A DNA stretch of 64,000 nt. Source: Isosphaeraceae bacterium. Lineage in GTDB: Bacteria > Planctomycetota > Planctomycetia > Isosphaerales > Isosphaeraceae. Below, one piece after another: positions 30,095 to 41,700 of this stretch; position 1 is the first letter of the stretch, and every line of letters begins with the position of its first letter. The DNA is taken from contig CBDAVP010000008.1 of the NCBI GenBank assembly GCA_965201075.1, forward strand, positions 62,001-126,000, read 5' to 3'. Position numbers and translations under genes: made by a program. The notes below the pieces were generated by a model. That model was not told the DNA's origin and did not search any database. It worked only from the letters and a program-made list of their open reading frames with translations.

Positions 30095-32040
30095 GGCGCT
30101 GGGGCCGCCTGGTCGGCCTGGCGATGGCGGTGGTCCTCGCCTCCTCAGTGGCGATGCTCGGGCCGTCGCTGTTTCTGGCCATCCCCTGGCGAATCCGCTG
30201 GTGGATGGGCGAGGTCGCCCTGATCGGCGGGATTGTCCTGGCCTACGGCTGGGCCCTCCGCGCCTCGCCGCCCAGGCCCTGGCCAATCCTTGACCCGTTG
30301 CCTCTTTTCCAACGCACGACGCATCGGGTCCTGGCGGTGCTCCTTCAACTGGTCACGGCCACCTTCGCCTATCCCCTGTTCGCCCACCCGGCCAACGGCG
30401 GGATGTACGACTGGGACCTTTATTCCTCCTGGTTCGAGGCGGCCCGGATCGCGATTCTGCGTTACCACGAGTTCCCCTGGTGGAACCCCTACCTCTGCGG
30501 AGGCTTCCCCCTGGCCGCCGACCCCCAGGTGGGCCTGCTGTCGATCGACCTTCCGTTGGTCCTGGCGTTCGGCACGAGCCAGGGCTTGCGGCTCGCCACG
30601 GTTCTCTCCCTGATGCTGGCGATCGAAGGGGCCCGGCGACTGGCCCGGCTCTGGCTGTCCGACCCCTGGGCCGTCGCCCTGGCCGCGGCGGTTTACGGCT
30701 GGAACGGCTCGATCTCGTGGCTTGCCAGCGTGAATCCCGGCCTCAGCCTGAGCCATCCGTTGCTCCCCTGGCTGCTGCTCTTCGCCTTTCGACTCGATCG
30801 GGGCACCCGTCCCGCGGTTGGGCTCGGCGTGGTCGCGGCCCTGGGCGTCCTGGCGATCATCCAGTACGCGACGGCCTACGGTTCCTTGATCGCCGCGGCC
30901 GTGGTCTTCTGGGGCGGCGTAGCCCAGCCTCGCGCCCAGCGTCTTCGCTACGTCGCGCTCCTGGGCGTCGCCCTGGGCACCTTTTTGACCCTGGCGGGCT
31001 GGCGATTGGCGCTCTCGGGCCAGGTCCTGTACGACTTCCCCCGTCGGATGGCGTCCTCGGTCGACAACTCCCCATGGGAGCTGGTCCACGCGATGCTCGA
31101 CCGCCCGGTCCCGACGCTGCCGATCGACATGACCCGCCCGGGCATCGACGGCGAGCGGGCCGCGTATCTCGGCTTTCTCCCCCTTTTCGCCGCGATCCTG
31201 AGTTTGCTCGGTCCCTGGCGATGGTGGCACACCCTCACGTTCGTCGGCTTCGCGCTCGCGCTGGGCGCGACAAGGGTCAATCACCTGAGCTACTGGCTCA
31301 GCGAATGGCCTGGCTTCGCCACCATGCACATGGTCGCCCGGTGGAAGCTGCCCGCCTTCCTCGGTCTTGGCTTGGCCGCCGGCTCGACCCTTCAGCACTG
31401 GAGAACCTCCAGCCGCCTCGGCCGCCGCCTCGCCCCCATCCTGGTTGTCCTGACCCTCGCCGACCTGGCCACCTACGCCCACCAGATCTTGCCGATCGCC
31501 TTCGACCTCCCCCCCGCCGGCCGGCTGGACCCCGGCCCACCCGTCGAGCCAATGGTCTCCCTCCAAAGCTGGGAAGACGGCATGGTGATCCTCAACTTCG
31601 AGGCGGTCCGCCGGGGTTACGGCGTTGTCGAAGGCTATTGTCCGATGCACGGCTACCAGCGTCACAACCGCAAGATCGCCCGTCTCTGGAAAGGCCACCC
31701 GAGCTACCTCGGCGAGTTTGTTTCCGAGGGCCAACCCCTCACTCCCAAATCCTGGAGCCCCAACCGCGTTACCTTCAACGGGCTTGATCCGGGCCAGGTC
31801 ATCGAGATCAACCAGAACCCCTCCAGTTACTGGGTCGTGAACGGTCGACGGCCCTTCCCCCGGGACCGCTGCGCCGAAATTTCCCACGGATTCCTGGCGA
31901 CGGCCGATGATCGCGGTCTGCTGGTCCTGGAAGCCCGACCTTCCTCGAAGATTCTCGGCCTCGCGGCGGGAGTTACGGCAGCCGGGGTAGCCCTGGTCCT
32001 GGTCGCCGTTCTCGTGACAACCCGGCCCATCGCCCGATGA
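30091..32040 (+). CDS. YfhO-like GT-C membrane protein, paralog 2
   Basis: DWD, FPWWNPYLCGGFPLAADPQ; colinear with paralogs 1 and 3; ATGA overlap. Confidence 0.78.
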   Translation: MRRWGRLVGLAMAVVLASSVAMLGPSLFLAIPWRIRWWMGEVALIGGIVLAYGWALRASPPRPWPILDPLPLFQRTTHRVLAVLLQLVTATFAYPLFAHPANGGMYDWDLYSSWFEAARIAILRYHEFPWWNPYLCGGFPLAADPQVGLLSIDLPLVLAFGTSQGLRLATVLSLMLAIEGARRLARLWLSDPWAVALAAAVYGWNGSISWLASVNPGLSLSHPLLPWLLLFAFRLDRGTRPAVGLGVVAALGVLAIIQYATAYGSLIAAAVVFWGGVAQPRAQRLRYVALLGVALGTFLTLAGWRLALSGQVLYDFPRRMASSVDNSPWELVHAMLDRPVPTLPIDMTRPGIDGERAAYLGFLPLFAAILSLLGPWRWWHTLTFVGFALALGATRVNHLSYWLSEWPGFATMHMVARWKLPAFLGLGLAAGSTLQHWRTSSRLGRRLAPILVVLTLADLATYAHQILPIAFDLPPAGRLDPGPPVEPMVSLQSWEDGMVILNFEAVRRGYGVVEGYCPMHGYQRHNRKIARLWKGHPSYLGEFVSEGQPLTPKSWSPNRVTFNGLDPGQVIEINQNPSSYWVVNGRRPFPRDRCAEISHGFLATADDRGLLVLEARPSSKILGLAAGVTAAGVALVLVAVLVTTRPIAR

Positions 32041-32659
32041 CCCAACTTTCGACGAGGAGACTGTCGCGAGGAGTCGCGGCCGGGCTGGCCCTGACCATCC
32101 TGGCGTTGCTGGGCCCCGACCTGTTCCTGGCGATCCCCTGGCCGATCCGCTGGGCCCTGGGCGAAGTCGGAGTCGTCGCCGGGGTCGTGGGGGTCGCGGC
32201 CTGGACCTACCGGATCAACCCTCCCCGCCCCTGGAGGCTGGTAGACCCTGCGACCGCCGGTTCACCCCGTCTGCATCGGGCTTTGGCCATCACCTTGCAC
32301 CTCGTCGGCCTCTCGCTGCCCTGGGCCTTTTTCTCCCGGCCGGGATACTGGGGCGTCTTTGACTGGGACTGGGACCTGGAATGGTTTGGCGCGGTGCGGC
32401 GGGCGATCGTCCACCACGGTGAATTCCCCTGGTGGCACGCCCTCAATAGCGGAGGAGTCCCCCTGGCCGCCGACCCCCAGGTCGGCCTGGCCTCGCCAGT
32501 GACCGCGCTGGTCCTGCTCTTGGGAACTCCAACGGGCCTGCGGTGGTCGGTGGTCCTGGCCCTGATGCTGGCGATCGAAGGGGCCCGGCGACTGGCCCGG
32601 CTCTGGCTGTCCGACCCCTGGGCCGTCGCCCTGGCCGCGGCGGTCTACGGCTGGAACGG
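30608..32659 (+). repeat. 100-bp near-identical dispersed repeat (30608-30707 and 32560-32659)
   Basis: CCCTGATGCTGGCGATCGAAGGGG...GGCTGGAACGG, identical except one synonymous GTT/GTC difference. Confidence 0.9.
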
Positions 32660-33995
32660 GTTCATCCTCCTGACCACCGTCATGGCCCCGCCACTGACCT
32701 TCGCTCACCCACTGCTTCCCTGGCTGCTCCTCTATGGCTTCCAGATCGACCGAGGCCTCGAACCGGCGATCAAGCTCGGAGCGGTCGCGGCCCTGGGCGT
32801 CCTGACCGTGATCCAGTACCCCACCGCCTACGCCGCGATCATCACCGCGTGGGTGCTGGTCTGGGGGGTCTTGGGCCGCCCCCGGCCGGACCGACCCCGT
32901 CAACTGGCCTTGATCGCGGTGGCCATCGGCGTCTTCCTGACCCTGGCCGGCTGGCGACTGGCCCTCACCGGGCACCTCATGGCCGATTTCCCTCGCAAGC
33001 TCCAAGGCGCTGTCAACGCGACCCCCACCGGATTCGTCGGGGCGATGGTTCACCGCCTTGTTCCGCCTCCCCTCCAGTTCCCCGCGAAAACCGCCTGGCA
33101 CCACGAGGAGGCCGGCTATATCGGCCTCATCCCCCTCGCCGCGGCAATCCTGAGTCTGGCGGGCCCCTGGCGCTGGTGGCACACCCTGGCATTCGCCGGA
33201 TTCGCCTTGGCGTTGGGAACGGTCCACCCCCTCCACCCCAGCTACTGGCTCAGCGGCTGGCCGGTCTTCTCCTCGATGCACCAGGTCGGCCGCTGGCGGT
33301 TCCCCGGGCTCCTGGGTCTAGGCCTGGCCGCCGGCTCCACCATTCAAACCGCCCGAGCCACCCTCGGACGCTGGCGATGGCTGCCAACCCTTCTCGCGTT
33401 GGCCGCCCTGGTCGACCTCGCCACCTATGCCCACCAATGCCTGCCGCTGGGCTGGAGCAACCGACCGGTCGACCAGCACGTGCCAGGCCCACCCGTGCCC
33501 AACCTCGTAAGTCTCCACCGTTGGGAGTCCGGCGGCGTTCCCGAAGCCTCTCAGGCCACCCGACTCGGGTATGCGGTCATTGAAGGCTACTCCCCCTTGC
33601 TCGGCTACGACCGCCGCAGGCCCACCCTTCGCCTCTGGCGTGATCACCCCGAGTACCGAGGCGAATTCCACTCCGGAGACCAAGCACTCGTCCCTCGATC
33701 CTGGTCCCCCAATCGGGTCGTCCTCGACGGGCTGCAACCCGGTCAGGCCGTGGAGATCAACCAGAACCCGTCCAGCTACTGGCTGGTCAACGGCCAAAGG
33801 GCCTTCCCCAACGCCCGTTGCGTCGAACTGAACGAGCGATTCGTCGTTTGCGCCGACGACCAGGGCCGATTGGTCCTCGAAGCTCGCCCGCCAACCCACG
33901 TCTTCGTCACGGCGGCTGCCCTGACGCTCTTCGGATTTCTCTTGGCCCTGATCGGCGCCCGGACCGCCCACCGCCTCAGGCCAGGATCGGTTTGA
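32037..33995 (+). CDS. YfhO-like GT-C membrane protein, paralog 3
   Basis: DWDWD, FPWWHALNSGGVPLAADPQ; colinear with paralogs 1 and 2; ATGA overlap. Confidence 0.78.
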   Translation: MTQLSTRRLSRGVAAGLALTILALLGPDLFLAIPWPIRWALGEVGVVAGVVGVAAWTYRINPPRPWRLVDPATAGSPRLHRALAITLHLVGLSLPWAFFSRPGYWGVFDWDWDLEWFGAVRRAIVHHGEFPWWHALNSGGVPLAADPQVGLASPVTALVLLLGTPTGLRWSVVLALMLAIEGARRLARLWLSDPWAVALAAAVYGWNGFILLTTVMAPPLTFAHPLLPWLLLYGFQIDRGLEPAIKLGAVAALGVLTVIQYPTAYAAIITAWVLVWGVLGRPRPDRPRQLALIAVAIGVFLTLAGWRLALTGHLMADFPRKLQGAVNATPTGFVGAMVHRLVPPPLQFPAKTAWHHEEAGYIGLIPLAAAILSLAGPWRWWHTLAFAGFALALGTVHPLHPSYWLSGWPVFSSMHQVGRWRFPGLLGLGLAAGSTIQTARATLGRWRWLPTLLALAALVDLATYAHQCLPLGWSNRPVDQHVPGPPVPNLVSLHRWESGGVPEASQATRLGYAVIEGYSPLLGYDRRRPTLRLWRDHPEYRGEFHSGDQALVPRSWSPNRVVLDGLQPGQAVEINQNPSSYWLVNGQRAFPNARCVELNERFVVCADDQGRLVLEARPPTHVFVTAAALTLFGFLLALIGARTAHRLRPGSV

Positions 33996-35433
33996 GGACG
34001 CGCGCCGGGTCCACCCCCGTTAAGCGAATATCCAGCCCCTGGTACTTGTAGGACAGACGGTGATGGTCGATCCCGCACAGGTGCAGGATCGTCGCATGCA
34101 GGTCGCGCACGTGGACGACATCCTCGACCGCCTTGTATCCCAGTTCGTCGGTGGCGCCAAAGGTCATGCCTCCCTTGACGCCGCCGCCGGCCATCCATGT
34201 CGAGAAGCTGAGGATATGGTGATCGCGGCCGGTCCCCTGCCCCATCGGCGTCCGGCCGAACTCGCCGCCCCACAAGATCAAGGTATCTTCCAGTAACCCC
34301 CGACGCTTCAAATCCGTCAACAGTGCCGCCCCGGCCTTGTCCACCTCCTCGGAGGCGAGTTTCATCGAACCCTGGATATCTCCGTGGTGGTCCCAGCCCC
34401 GGTGATAGAGCTGGATGAATCGTACCCCCCGCTCAGCCAGCCGGCGGGCCATCAGGCAGTTCGAAGCGAAACTCCCGTCGCCGGGCTTGGTGATCCCGTA
34501 GAGCTCCAGCGTTTCCTTTGTCTCGGCGGCGAAGTCGGTCAGGCTGGGCACTGAACTTTGCATCCGGAATGCCAGTTCGTACTGGCTGATCCTCGTGGCA
34601 ATCTCCGGGTCCAACGTCTCCTCGGCCTCCAGCCCGTTCAGGAGGTTGACTTCGTCAATGACTTCCCGCTGGGCACTCTGGCAGACCCCCTCCGGGTTGC
34701 CGACATAGTGGACGGCATCCCCCTTTGACTGAAACTGAATTCCTTGGAACTTGCTGGGCAAGAACCCGGCCGACCACTGGCGGGCCGAAATGGGCTGCTG
34801 ACCCGTCCGCCCGACCGAAGTGAGCACAACGTAGCCGGGCAGGTCATCCGTCTCGGCTCCCAGTCCATACAGCAGCCAGGACCCCATGCTCGGACGACCT
34901 TTGAGGATCGACCCCGAATTCATGAACGCGTGCGCCGGGTCGTGATTGATCTGTTCGGTTTGCATTGAGCGGATAATGCACAACTCATCGGCCAAGGCGG
35001 CGGTGTACGGAAAAAGGTCGGAAATCTCCTGGCCCGACTTCCCATGCCTGGCGAACCCCACCGTCGGCCCGCGGGCGATTAGTGTCGCCCCTTGAAGTTG
35101 CGCGAGCTGTTGTCCCTTGGTGAACGACTCTGGGAACGGCTTGCCATCGAGGCGCTTCAACTCGGGCTTGTGATCCAGGGTCTCGAATTGCGAAGGGCCG
35201 CCCGCCATGCACAAATGGATCACCCGCTTCGCCTTGGGGACCACATGCGGAGGGTCCACCACCCCCCGCCAATGTCCGGCGACCGTCGAGCCGGTTGGGC
35301 TGGCGGCGCGACCACTTGGCGAGAGCAAACCCGCCAGCGCCATCCCTCCCAGGCCATAGGCCGACCGGGCCAGAAAGGCGCGACGCTTCATCGCGAGGGC
35401 GAGGGTCCGGGGGTCGAACGGTATCCGGTTCAT
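33976..35433 (-). CDS. DUF1501-family protein (Tat-exported, sulfatase-like)
   Basis: KRRAFL Tat motif, KAKRVIHL, GGPSQFET, QLYHRGWDHH, GEFGRTP, GRDH. Confidence 0.92.
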   Translation of the reverse strand: MNRIPFDPRTLALAMKRRAFLARSAYGLGGMALAGLLSPSGRAASPTGSTVAGHWRGVVDPPHVVPKAKRVIHLCMAGGPSQFETLDHKPELKRLDGKPFPESFTKGQQLAQLQGATLIARGPTVGFARHGKSGQEISDLFPYTAALADELCIIRSMQTEQINHDPAHAFMNSGSILKGRPSMGSWLLYGLGAETDDLPGYVVLTSVGRTGQQPISARQWSAGFLPSKFQGIQFQSKGDAVHYVGNPEGVCQSAQREVIDEVNLLNGLEAEETLDPEIATRISQYELAFRMQSSVPSLTDFAAETKETLELYGITKPGDGSFASNCLMARRLAERGVRFIQLYHRGWDHHGDIQGSMKLASEEVDKAGAALLTDLKRRGLLEDTLILWGGEFGRTPMGQGTGRDHHILSFSTWMAGGGVKGGMTFGATDELGYKAVEDVVHVRDLHATILHLCGIDHHRLSYKYQGLDIRLTGVDPARVLKPILA

Positions 35434-35436
35434 CGC

Positions 35437-38400
35437 TCAATACCTCGTGATGGTTTCATGGAGGTTCAGAACCACCCGGCAAAGCTCGGTCCACGCCGCC
35501 AACTCCACCGCGTCGGCATCGGAAGGGGATGGCGACTGACCGACATGGAGCAACTTGGCCGCGGCGACCGGGTCCGAACGCCCCTCCGACCTCTGCCGAT
35601 CGAGAAACGCCGTCAACGACGCGACCTCCCTCGCCGAGACCGGTCTCGCGAGCGCCTTGCGGAAGACCCGGTCGATCCGCTGGGCATCGGTTAACGGTCC
35701 CGCCGAGGCTACCTCCGCCGCCAAAACCCGCGCCGCCTCCACGAAGGTTGGATCATTCAGCAACGTCAACGCCTGCTGAGGAGAATTGGCCGTGATCCGG
35801 TTCGCGGCGCACTCCTCCCGCGCGGGGGCGTCGAAATTCGCCAGCATCGGATGAAGGAACGTCCGCTGCCAGTGAGTGTAAACCCCCCGGCGGTACTGCC
35901 GCTCGTCGGTGTCCGCATCATAGTCGCGGTCGGGGAATTGAATCGCCGCGTAATATCCCGGCGGTTGGTAGGGGAAGGCGCTCGGCCCGCCAATCTCCGG
36001 GTCGAGCAACCCGGCGATCGCCAGCGCGTTATCCCGGACGAACTCGGCATCCAACCGCCTCGGGTTCTGGAACGCCAGGAGCCGGTTGTTCGGGTCGAGG
36101 TCATGCAACTCTGGCCGCGTCCGCGACTGCTGGCGATAAGCCGCCGAGGTCACCATCAAGCGAACCAGGTGCTTGACGTCCCAGCCACTTTCGCGGAACT
36201 CCACCGCCAGCCAGTCGAGCAACTCCGGATGAGACGGCCACTCCCCCTGTGCTCCCACATCCTCCATCACGGCGCTGAGGCCCGTCCCGAAAAGCTGCTT
36301 CCAGAGCCGGTTGACAAACACCCGGGCCGTCAATGGATTCTCCGGCGACGTGATCCAATGAGCCAGGTCCAGCCGGTTCAACCGCCGTTCCCCCGCAACG
36401 CGAGGCTGTGGCAAGAACGCGGGGACGCCCGGCGAAACAACCTCGCCCGATTGATCCTGCCAGTTCCCCCGACCCAGCACCCGAGTGACCAACGGCTCGC
36501 CCGCCCCCGACACCTGCGCCAGCGCCCGCGCTCCGCGACACTCCTGCCGAGCCGTCCGCAGGTGCGTGTACCGATCGACCGCCGTGCCATCGTCGCCCTC
36601 GCCGAGCAGGAAGTTCCTGGCCACCAACGCCGCCTTCCCGGCATCACGGGCTCCGGCCGGAACGTCCAACGCCGTGGCCAGGGCCCGAACGGTGTCGGGA
36701 TGCGAAGGATCATCCAGCGCCAGCGGGCTGAGCGACATCCGGACGCAACCCAACCCCGTTCCATGCACCGTGATGGCAATCTCGCCGCCCGCGGACAACT
36801 TCAAGGGCCGGTCCAGCAACCAAACGCCTCGCTGCGTCTCCTTGAGGTGTCCAGGGTCCGTCTTCCAACCGCGCAGGACCGCCGTGACGGGGGCGCCATT
36901 GGCAAACCACTCCTCCTTCCGATCTGCCTCGGCATACGACAACCCCAATGGCTCGGCCGGAGCCCCCGCGGCTGGCGTCAAGGTGGCCGAGACGGTCGTC
37001 ACCGAGTCGTTCGCCCCTCCTCGCAAGATCGTCCCATCGTGGAAGGCATCGGGCAGCAACTCCACCCGGATTGCCGCCACGCTCACCAGTGTCGGACGAC
37101 CCCGGAAAACCAGATCCTCGGCCGGCTCGACCGGCCCCACTACCAACCGGGCATCGGCCGTGTGCTCGAAAACGTCGCCCGGCCCGAAGTCGCCCAACAG
37201 TGGCTCGGGGATCGTCTCCCATCCCTCGGGACAACGTCGCAGGAACGCCGATGTCTCCGCCTCCCACGTCGTCTCTCGCCCGAGACGAGTTGGGTCGGCC
37301 ACGACCCCCGCCGCCGAGTCCGCCACGGTCTTGGCCATCGCCGCGTCGAGCCGCTCCACCCGCCTACGCAATGAGTCGCTGGCAACCTCGCGGAACGGCG
37401 GAAATGGTGAGTCGTTGCTCATCCCGGTCAACTCAGGGGCGTGGTTGTACCCGTAATCGGCGTAAACGCCCCACTGCTTCAAATCCGCGAAGAACGCGGC
37501 CATCCGATAGAAGTCGCGGGCCTTGAACGGGTCGAACTTGTGGTCATGACACTCGGCGCAGCCCATCGTCGATCCCAGGAACGCGATCGAAACCGTCCGT
37601 ACCCGATCCGCCGCGTACTTGGCCAGATACTCCCCGGGCTGAGCCCCTCCCTCGCGGGTCATCATGTTCAGGCGGTTGAACCCACTGGCCACCACCTGTT
37701 CATCCGTCGCGTTCGGCAAAAGGTCTCCCGCCAGTTGCTCGGCGGTGAACCGATCAAACGGCAGGTTTCGGTTGAACGCGTCAATGACGTAATCGCGATA
37801 CGGGAAGGTCAACTCTCCCTGGTCGCCGTGATAGCCAACGGTGTCGGCAAACCGCACGAGGTCCAGCCAGGGGACGGCCATTCGCTCGCCATAGTGGGGG
37901 GATGCCAGCAGCCGATCCACCAGCCTCTCGAACGCCCGAGGCTCGTTGTCGCGAACAAACGCCTCAACCTCCTCGGGAGTGGGGGGTAGCCCGACCAAAT
38001 CCAGGCTCAACCGTCGCGCCAGCGTGGGCCGGTCCGCCTCGGGCGAAGGGGCGACCCCTTTCGCCTCCAAAGCCTTGAGGATGTAGGCATCCACCGGGTT
38101 CCGAATCCATTCGGCCGCCTTGACCGCGGGAACCTTTCCCCGCTTCGGCGCGACATAGGCCCAGTGAGGCTCATACTCGGCCCCCTCGGCGATCCAGCGC
38201 CGCAACACATCCTTCTGGGCCGCGGAAAGGTCCTTGTGAGTTTCCGGCGGCGGCATGACCTCCTGCGAATCCCCGCTGAAAACGCGGGCGATCAACTCGC
38301 TTTCCTCGGGCTTGCCCGGGACAATCGCCCCCTTCGCCAGCGCCACCTCGCGATCGTCCAGCCGCAACTCGGCCTCTCGATGCTTGGGGTCGGGCCCGTG

Positions 38401-38565
38401 GCAATAGTTGCAATGCTCCGAGAGGATTGGCCGGACGTCCCGGTTGAATCCCACACGGGTCTCCTCGCCTTCGCCCGCCTCCGAAACCCCACCCAACCCG
38501 AGGCTGGCCACCATCGCCAGCACCAACAGTGCACGGTTTGACCAATCGCGACCGGGTAGGATCAT
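35437..38565 (-). CDS. PSD1/PSCyt planctomycete cytochrome c protein (DUF1549 + DUF1553)
   Basis: [66 protein letters not shown]; start uncertain (38565 or 38598). Confidence 0.93.
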   Translation of the reverse strand: MILPGRDWSNRALLVLAMVASLGLGGVSEAGEGEETRVGFNRDVRPILSEHCNYCHGPDPKHREAELRLDDREVALAKGAIVPGKPEESELIARVFSGDSQEVMPPPETHKDLSAAQKDVLRRWIAEGAEYEPHWAYVAPKRGKVPAVKAAEWIRNPVDAYILKALEAKGVAPSPEADRPTLARRLSLDLVGLPPTPEEVEAFVRDNEPRAFERLVDRLLASPHYGERMAVPWLDLVRFADTVGYHGDQGELTFPYRDYVIDAFNRNLPFDRFTAEQLAGDLLPNATDEQVVASGFNRLNMMTREGGAQPGEYLAKYAADRVRTVSIAFLGSTMGCAECHDHKFDPFKARDFYRMAAFFADLKQWGVYADYGYNHAPELTGMSNDSPFPPFREVASDSLRRRVERLDAAMAKTVADSAAGVVADPTRLGRETTWEAETSAFLRRCPEGWETIPEPLLGDFGPGDVFEHTADARLVVGPVEPAEDLVFRGRPTLVSVAAIRVELLPDAFHDGTILRGGANDSVTTVSATLTPAAGAPAEPLGLSYAEADRKEEWFANGAPVTAVLRGWKTDPGHLKETQRGVWLLDRPLKLSAGGEIAITVHGTGLGCVRMSLSPLALDDPSHPDTVRALATALDVPAGARDAGKAALVARNFLLGEGDDGTAVDRYTHLRTARQECRGARALAQVSGAGEPLVTRVLGRGNWQDQSGEVVSPGVPAFLPQPRVAGERRLNRLDLAHWITSPENPLTARVFVNRLWKQLFGTGLSAVMEDVGAQGEWPSHPELLDWLAVEFRESGWDVKHLVRLMVTSAAYRQQSRTRPELHDLDPNNRLLAFQNPRRLDAEFVRDNALAIAGLLDPEIGGPSAFPYQPPGYYAAIQFPDRDYDADTDERQYRRGVYTHWQRTFLHPMLANFDAPAREECAANRITANSPQQALTLLNDPTFVEAARVLAAEVASAGPLTDAQRIDRVFRKALARPVSAREVASLTAFLDRQRSEGRSDPVAAAKLLHVGQSPSPSDADAVELAAWTELCRVVLNLHETITRY

Positions 38566-38779
38566 GGGGGAAAAACTCCTGGCGGCGGCAAGACTCAAGG
38601 GCGAGAGACGGGCGGCGGTGGAAGGCAGGGTGACCTTTCAATATAATCCCGGACCGTGAGGGGGGGCAACACCGCCCCCGGCCCGTCGGTCTCAACGATC
38701 TTCCGCATCAGGCCAATCCAGGCCCAGACTCAATGGGCGAGGCAAGGTCGTCCTCCTCCCTCATCGTTGAGGAACGGTC

Positions 38780-41700
38780 ATGATCGACGATCCCTCGGAG
38801 GAGGCTGTTAAGGCGACGGTCCTCCACTCGTCGGGCGACGAAAACTCCCTGCCCCCAACCAACCTGGAACCGGACGCCACCCTCCAAGTCACGGAGGTCC
38901 AGAACCTTCACCACGAGGTCTCGAACCCCTCGATCGACAAAACGCAGGCCGAGACGGTGGGCGGTCCCCTGGGACGGACCCTGGCCGAGGCCGGGCCCTC
39001 CCCCCTCCCTTCGCTGCCCGGCTACGAGATCCTCGGAGAATTGGGCCGAGGCGGGATGGGCGTCGTCTACCGGGGTCGGAACCTCCGGCTCAACCGCCCC
39101 TGCGCCCTCAAGATGATCCTGGCCGGCGACACCGCCGATTCCTCGCGCACCGCCCGATTCCTGGCCGAGGCCGAGGCTGTTGCCCGGCTTCAGCATCCCC
39201 ACGTCGTCGAGATCCGCCACCTCGGCGAGGCCGGCCGCCTCCCCTTCATTGAGCTCGAACTCCTCCAGGGCGGTAGCCTCGACCGCCGCCTCGACGGCTC
39301 GCCCTGGCCGGCTCGCAAGGCCGCGACCCTGGTCGAACCCCTGGCCCTCGCCGTGGCCGAGGCCCACCGCGTCGGCATCGTCCACCGAGACCTCAAGCCG
39401 GCCAACATCCTGCTCACCACCGAGGGCGTCCCCAAGGTTGCCGACTTCGGCCTCGCCAAGTGTCTCGACATCAACAACGACGCCGACCAGTCGTCCACAC
39501 AGGCCATCCTCGGTTCCCCCTGCTACATGGCCCCCGAGCAGGCCGAGGGGGACGGCCGACCCATCGGGCCCCCGGCCGACGTTTATGCCCTCGGCGTCAT
39601 CCTTTACGAGCTTCTGACCGGCCGCCCACCCTTCCGGGGCGCTTCGGTCCTGGAAACGCTTGACCAGGTCCGTTCGACGCAGCCGGTTCGTCCCTCAAGA
39701 CTCGTCCCCGGCATCCCCACTGACGTCGAGACGATCGTCTCCCGCTGTCTCCAAAAGGAACCCGGCCGTCGTTACGAGTCCGCCGCGGCCCTGGCCGAGG
39801 ATCTCGGTCGATTCCTCCAGGGGCGGGCCATCCACGCCAGACGCACCAGTGGCTTCGAGCGGACCTGGCTCTGGTGCCGCCGCAACCCGGCCCTCGCCTA
39901 CCTGACCGCGGCTTCCCTCGCCCTGCTCCTGGCCCTGGCCACCGGTTCCACCGTCGCCGCGTGGATGATGGCCGAGCAGAACCAGGCCCTCCGCGACGAA
40001 CGCCGACGAGCCGACCGAGCCGAGGAGGCCACCCGTCTCGAACTCGTCGAGGCCGCGCTCTCCGCCGCCCCTGAAGGCGTCCCTTACATCCTCGCCAGCC
40101 TCCGACGGAACCCGCGGACGGCCATCCTCCCGCTCCGACGCATCCTCGACGATCCTGAAGAGTCTCCAACCCAGAAGCTCCGCGCCGCCGAGGTGTTGAC
40201 GCTCCTGGACCATCCCCAGCCCGCCCCGTTGCTGGACGCCCTGGACTTCGCCCCCGACGCCGAGGCCGGCCTCCTCATTTCCGCGTTCGCCAACCTCGGC
40301 CCCCCCGTTCAGGAAAGACTCACGGCCCGCCTCACCGCTCCCGGGATCAGGCCCCCCTTCCGGGCTCGCCTGGCCATCATCCTCCTTGAGTTGGGCGACC
40401 CTTCGGCCGCGGGGCGAATGCTGGCCGCCGGCCCCGACCCATTGGATCGCTATACCTTCCTCCACACCTTCCCCCTCTGGCACGGCGACCTCCACGCCCT
40501 GCCGGCGATCCTCCGAGCCGTGATCGAGCCCGACGTCCGCAGCGGCCTCCTCTCGGCCCTGGGTCAAATCGATCCTCGCCCGCTCGAAGCCGCCACTCGC
40601 GATGCGTTGACTGTTGAGCTTCGCGTTTTCGCACGCGAGGGGACGGACCCCGCGACCCACTCGGCCGCGGTCTACGCTCTGCGCCGCTGGGGGATCGAGC
40701 CGGCTGCGACGCCGGAAGCAAACCGCCCGATTGCAATGAACCGTTGGTTCGTCAATCGCGGCGGCCTGACAATGCTGTCACTGCCCGCGGGGGCCTACTT
40801 CCTGGGCCGAGGCGAATCTTCCCCGGGCCAGCCCACCCCCTTTGCCCCCGGATCCTTCCTCTCCGACCGGGAGGTCACGGTTGCCCAGTTCCTCAGGTTC
40901 CTTGACGACCCTGACGCCGACAAGCCCCGAAATTCCCCGAACCTCGACCGTTCCCGGGCCAACGCCAGCCGTCCAGCTTCCGGCGTCAGCCACGAGGACG
41001 CGATCCACTACTGCAACTGGTTGAGTCGGAGGGACGGCCGCGGGCCCGCCTATGCCCGGGCCGCCGACGGGGCCCGCTGGGAGGCCCGGCCCAACTCCGA
41101 CGGGTACCGCATCCCGAGCGTCCCGGAATGGGAATACGCCTTCCTTGGTGGTGCCCTGACCCTCTACCCCACCGGCCAGGACGCCCCATACCTGCCCGAG
41201 TTCGCCGTGGTCGCCAGGACCGGCGCCCGAGACACCGCCAGCCTTCCCCCCAACTCCTGGGGTTTCTTCGATCTGGCAGGCAACTTATGGGAATTCTGCG
41301 ACGCCGATCCCGATCGGCCCGCAAGCCAATCGGTTTTCTGCGGCGGGGCTTATGACTCCGGGTCCGCCGATTGCCGCTCCGCCCGACACATCCCTCAGTA
41401 TCCCGGCCTCCGCGGTCCATTTCTGGGCTTCCGAGTCATTTGTCGGGACCGAGAAGGGCTCGACCCGGGCTCGGATTTACTTCGACTGGTCGACCTCGTA
41501 CGTCGCCTCGAAGCCTGGCAACGGCCGAGCGTGGAGACCTGGGCGGTGCGTGCCGCCATCAGCAACCTTACCTTCGCCCGGACGGCCGCCCAGGTCGGCT
41601 TCGGCCAATGGGACAAGGCCCGCGACACCCTCCTCGAACAGGACCGGGCCATCCACGACGATCCCCGGCCGTTAGCGTTTGCCGCGGTCATCGACCTCCG

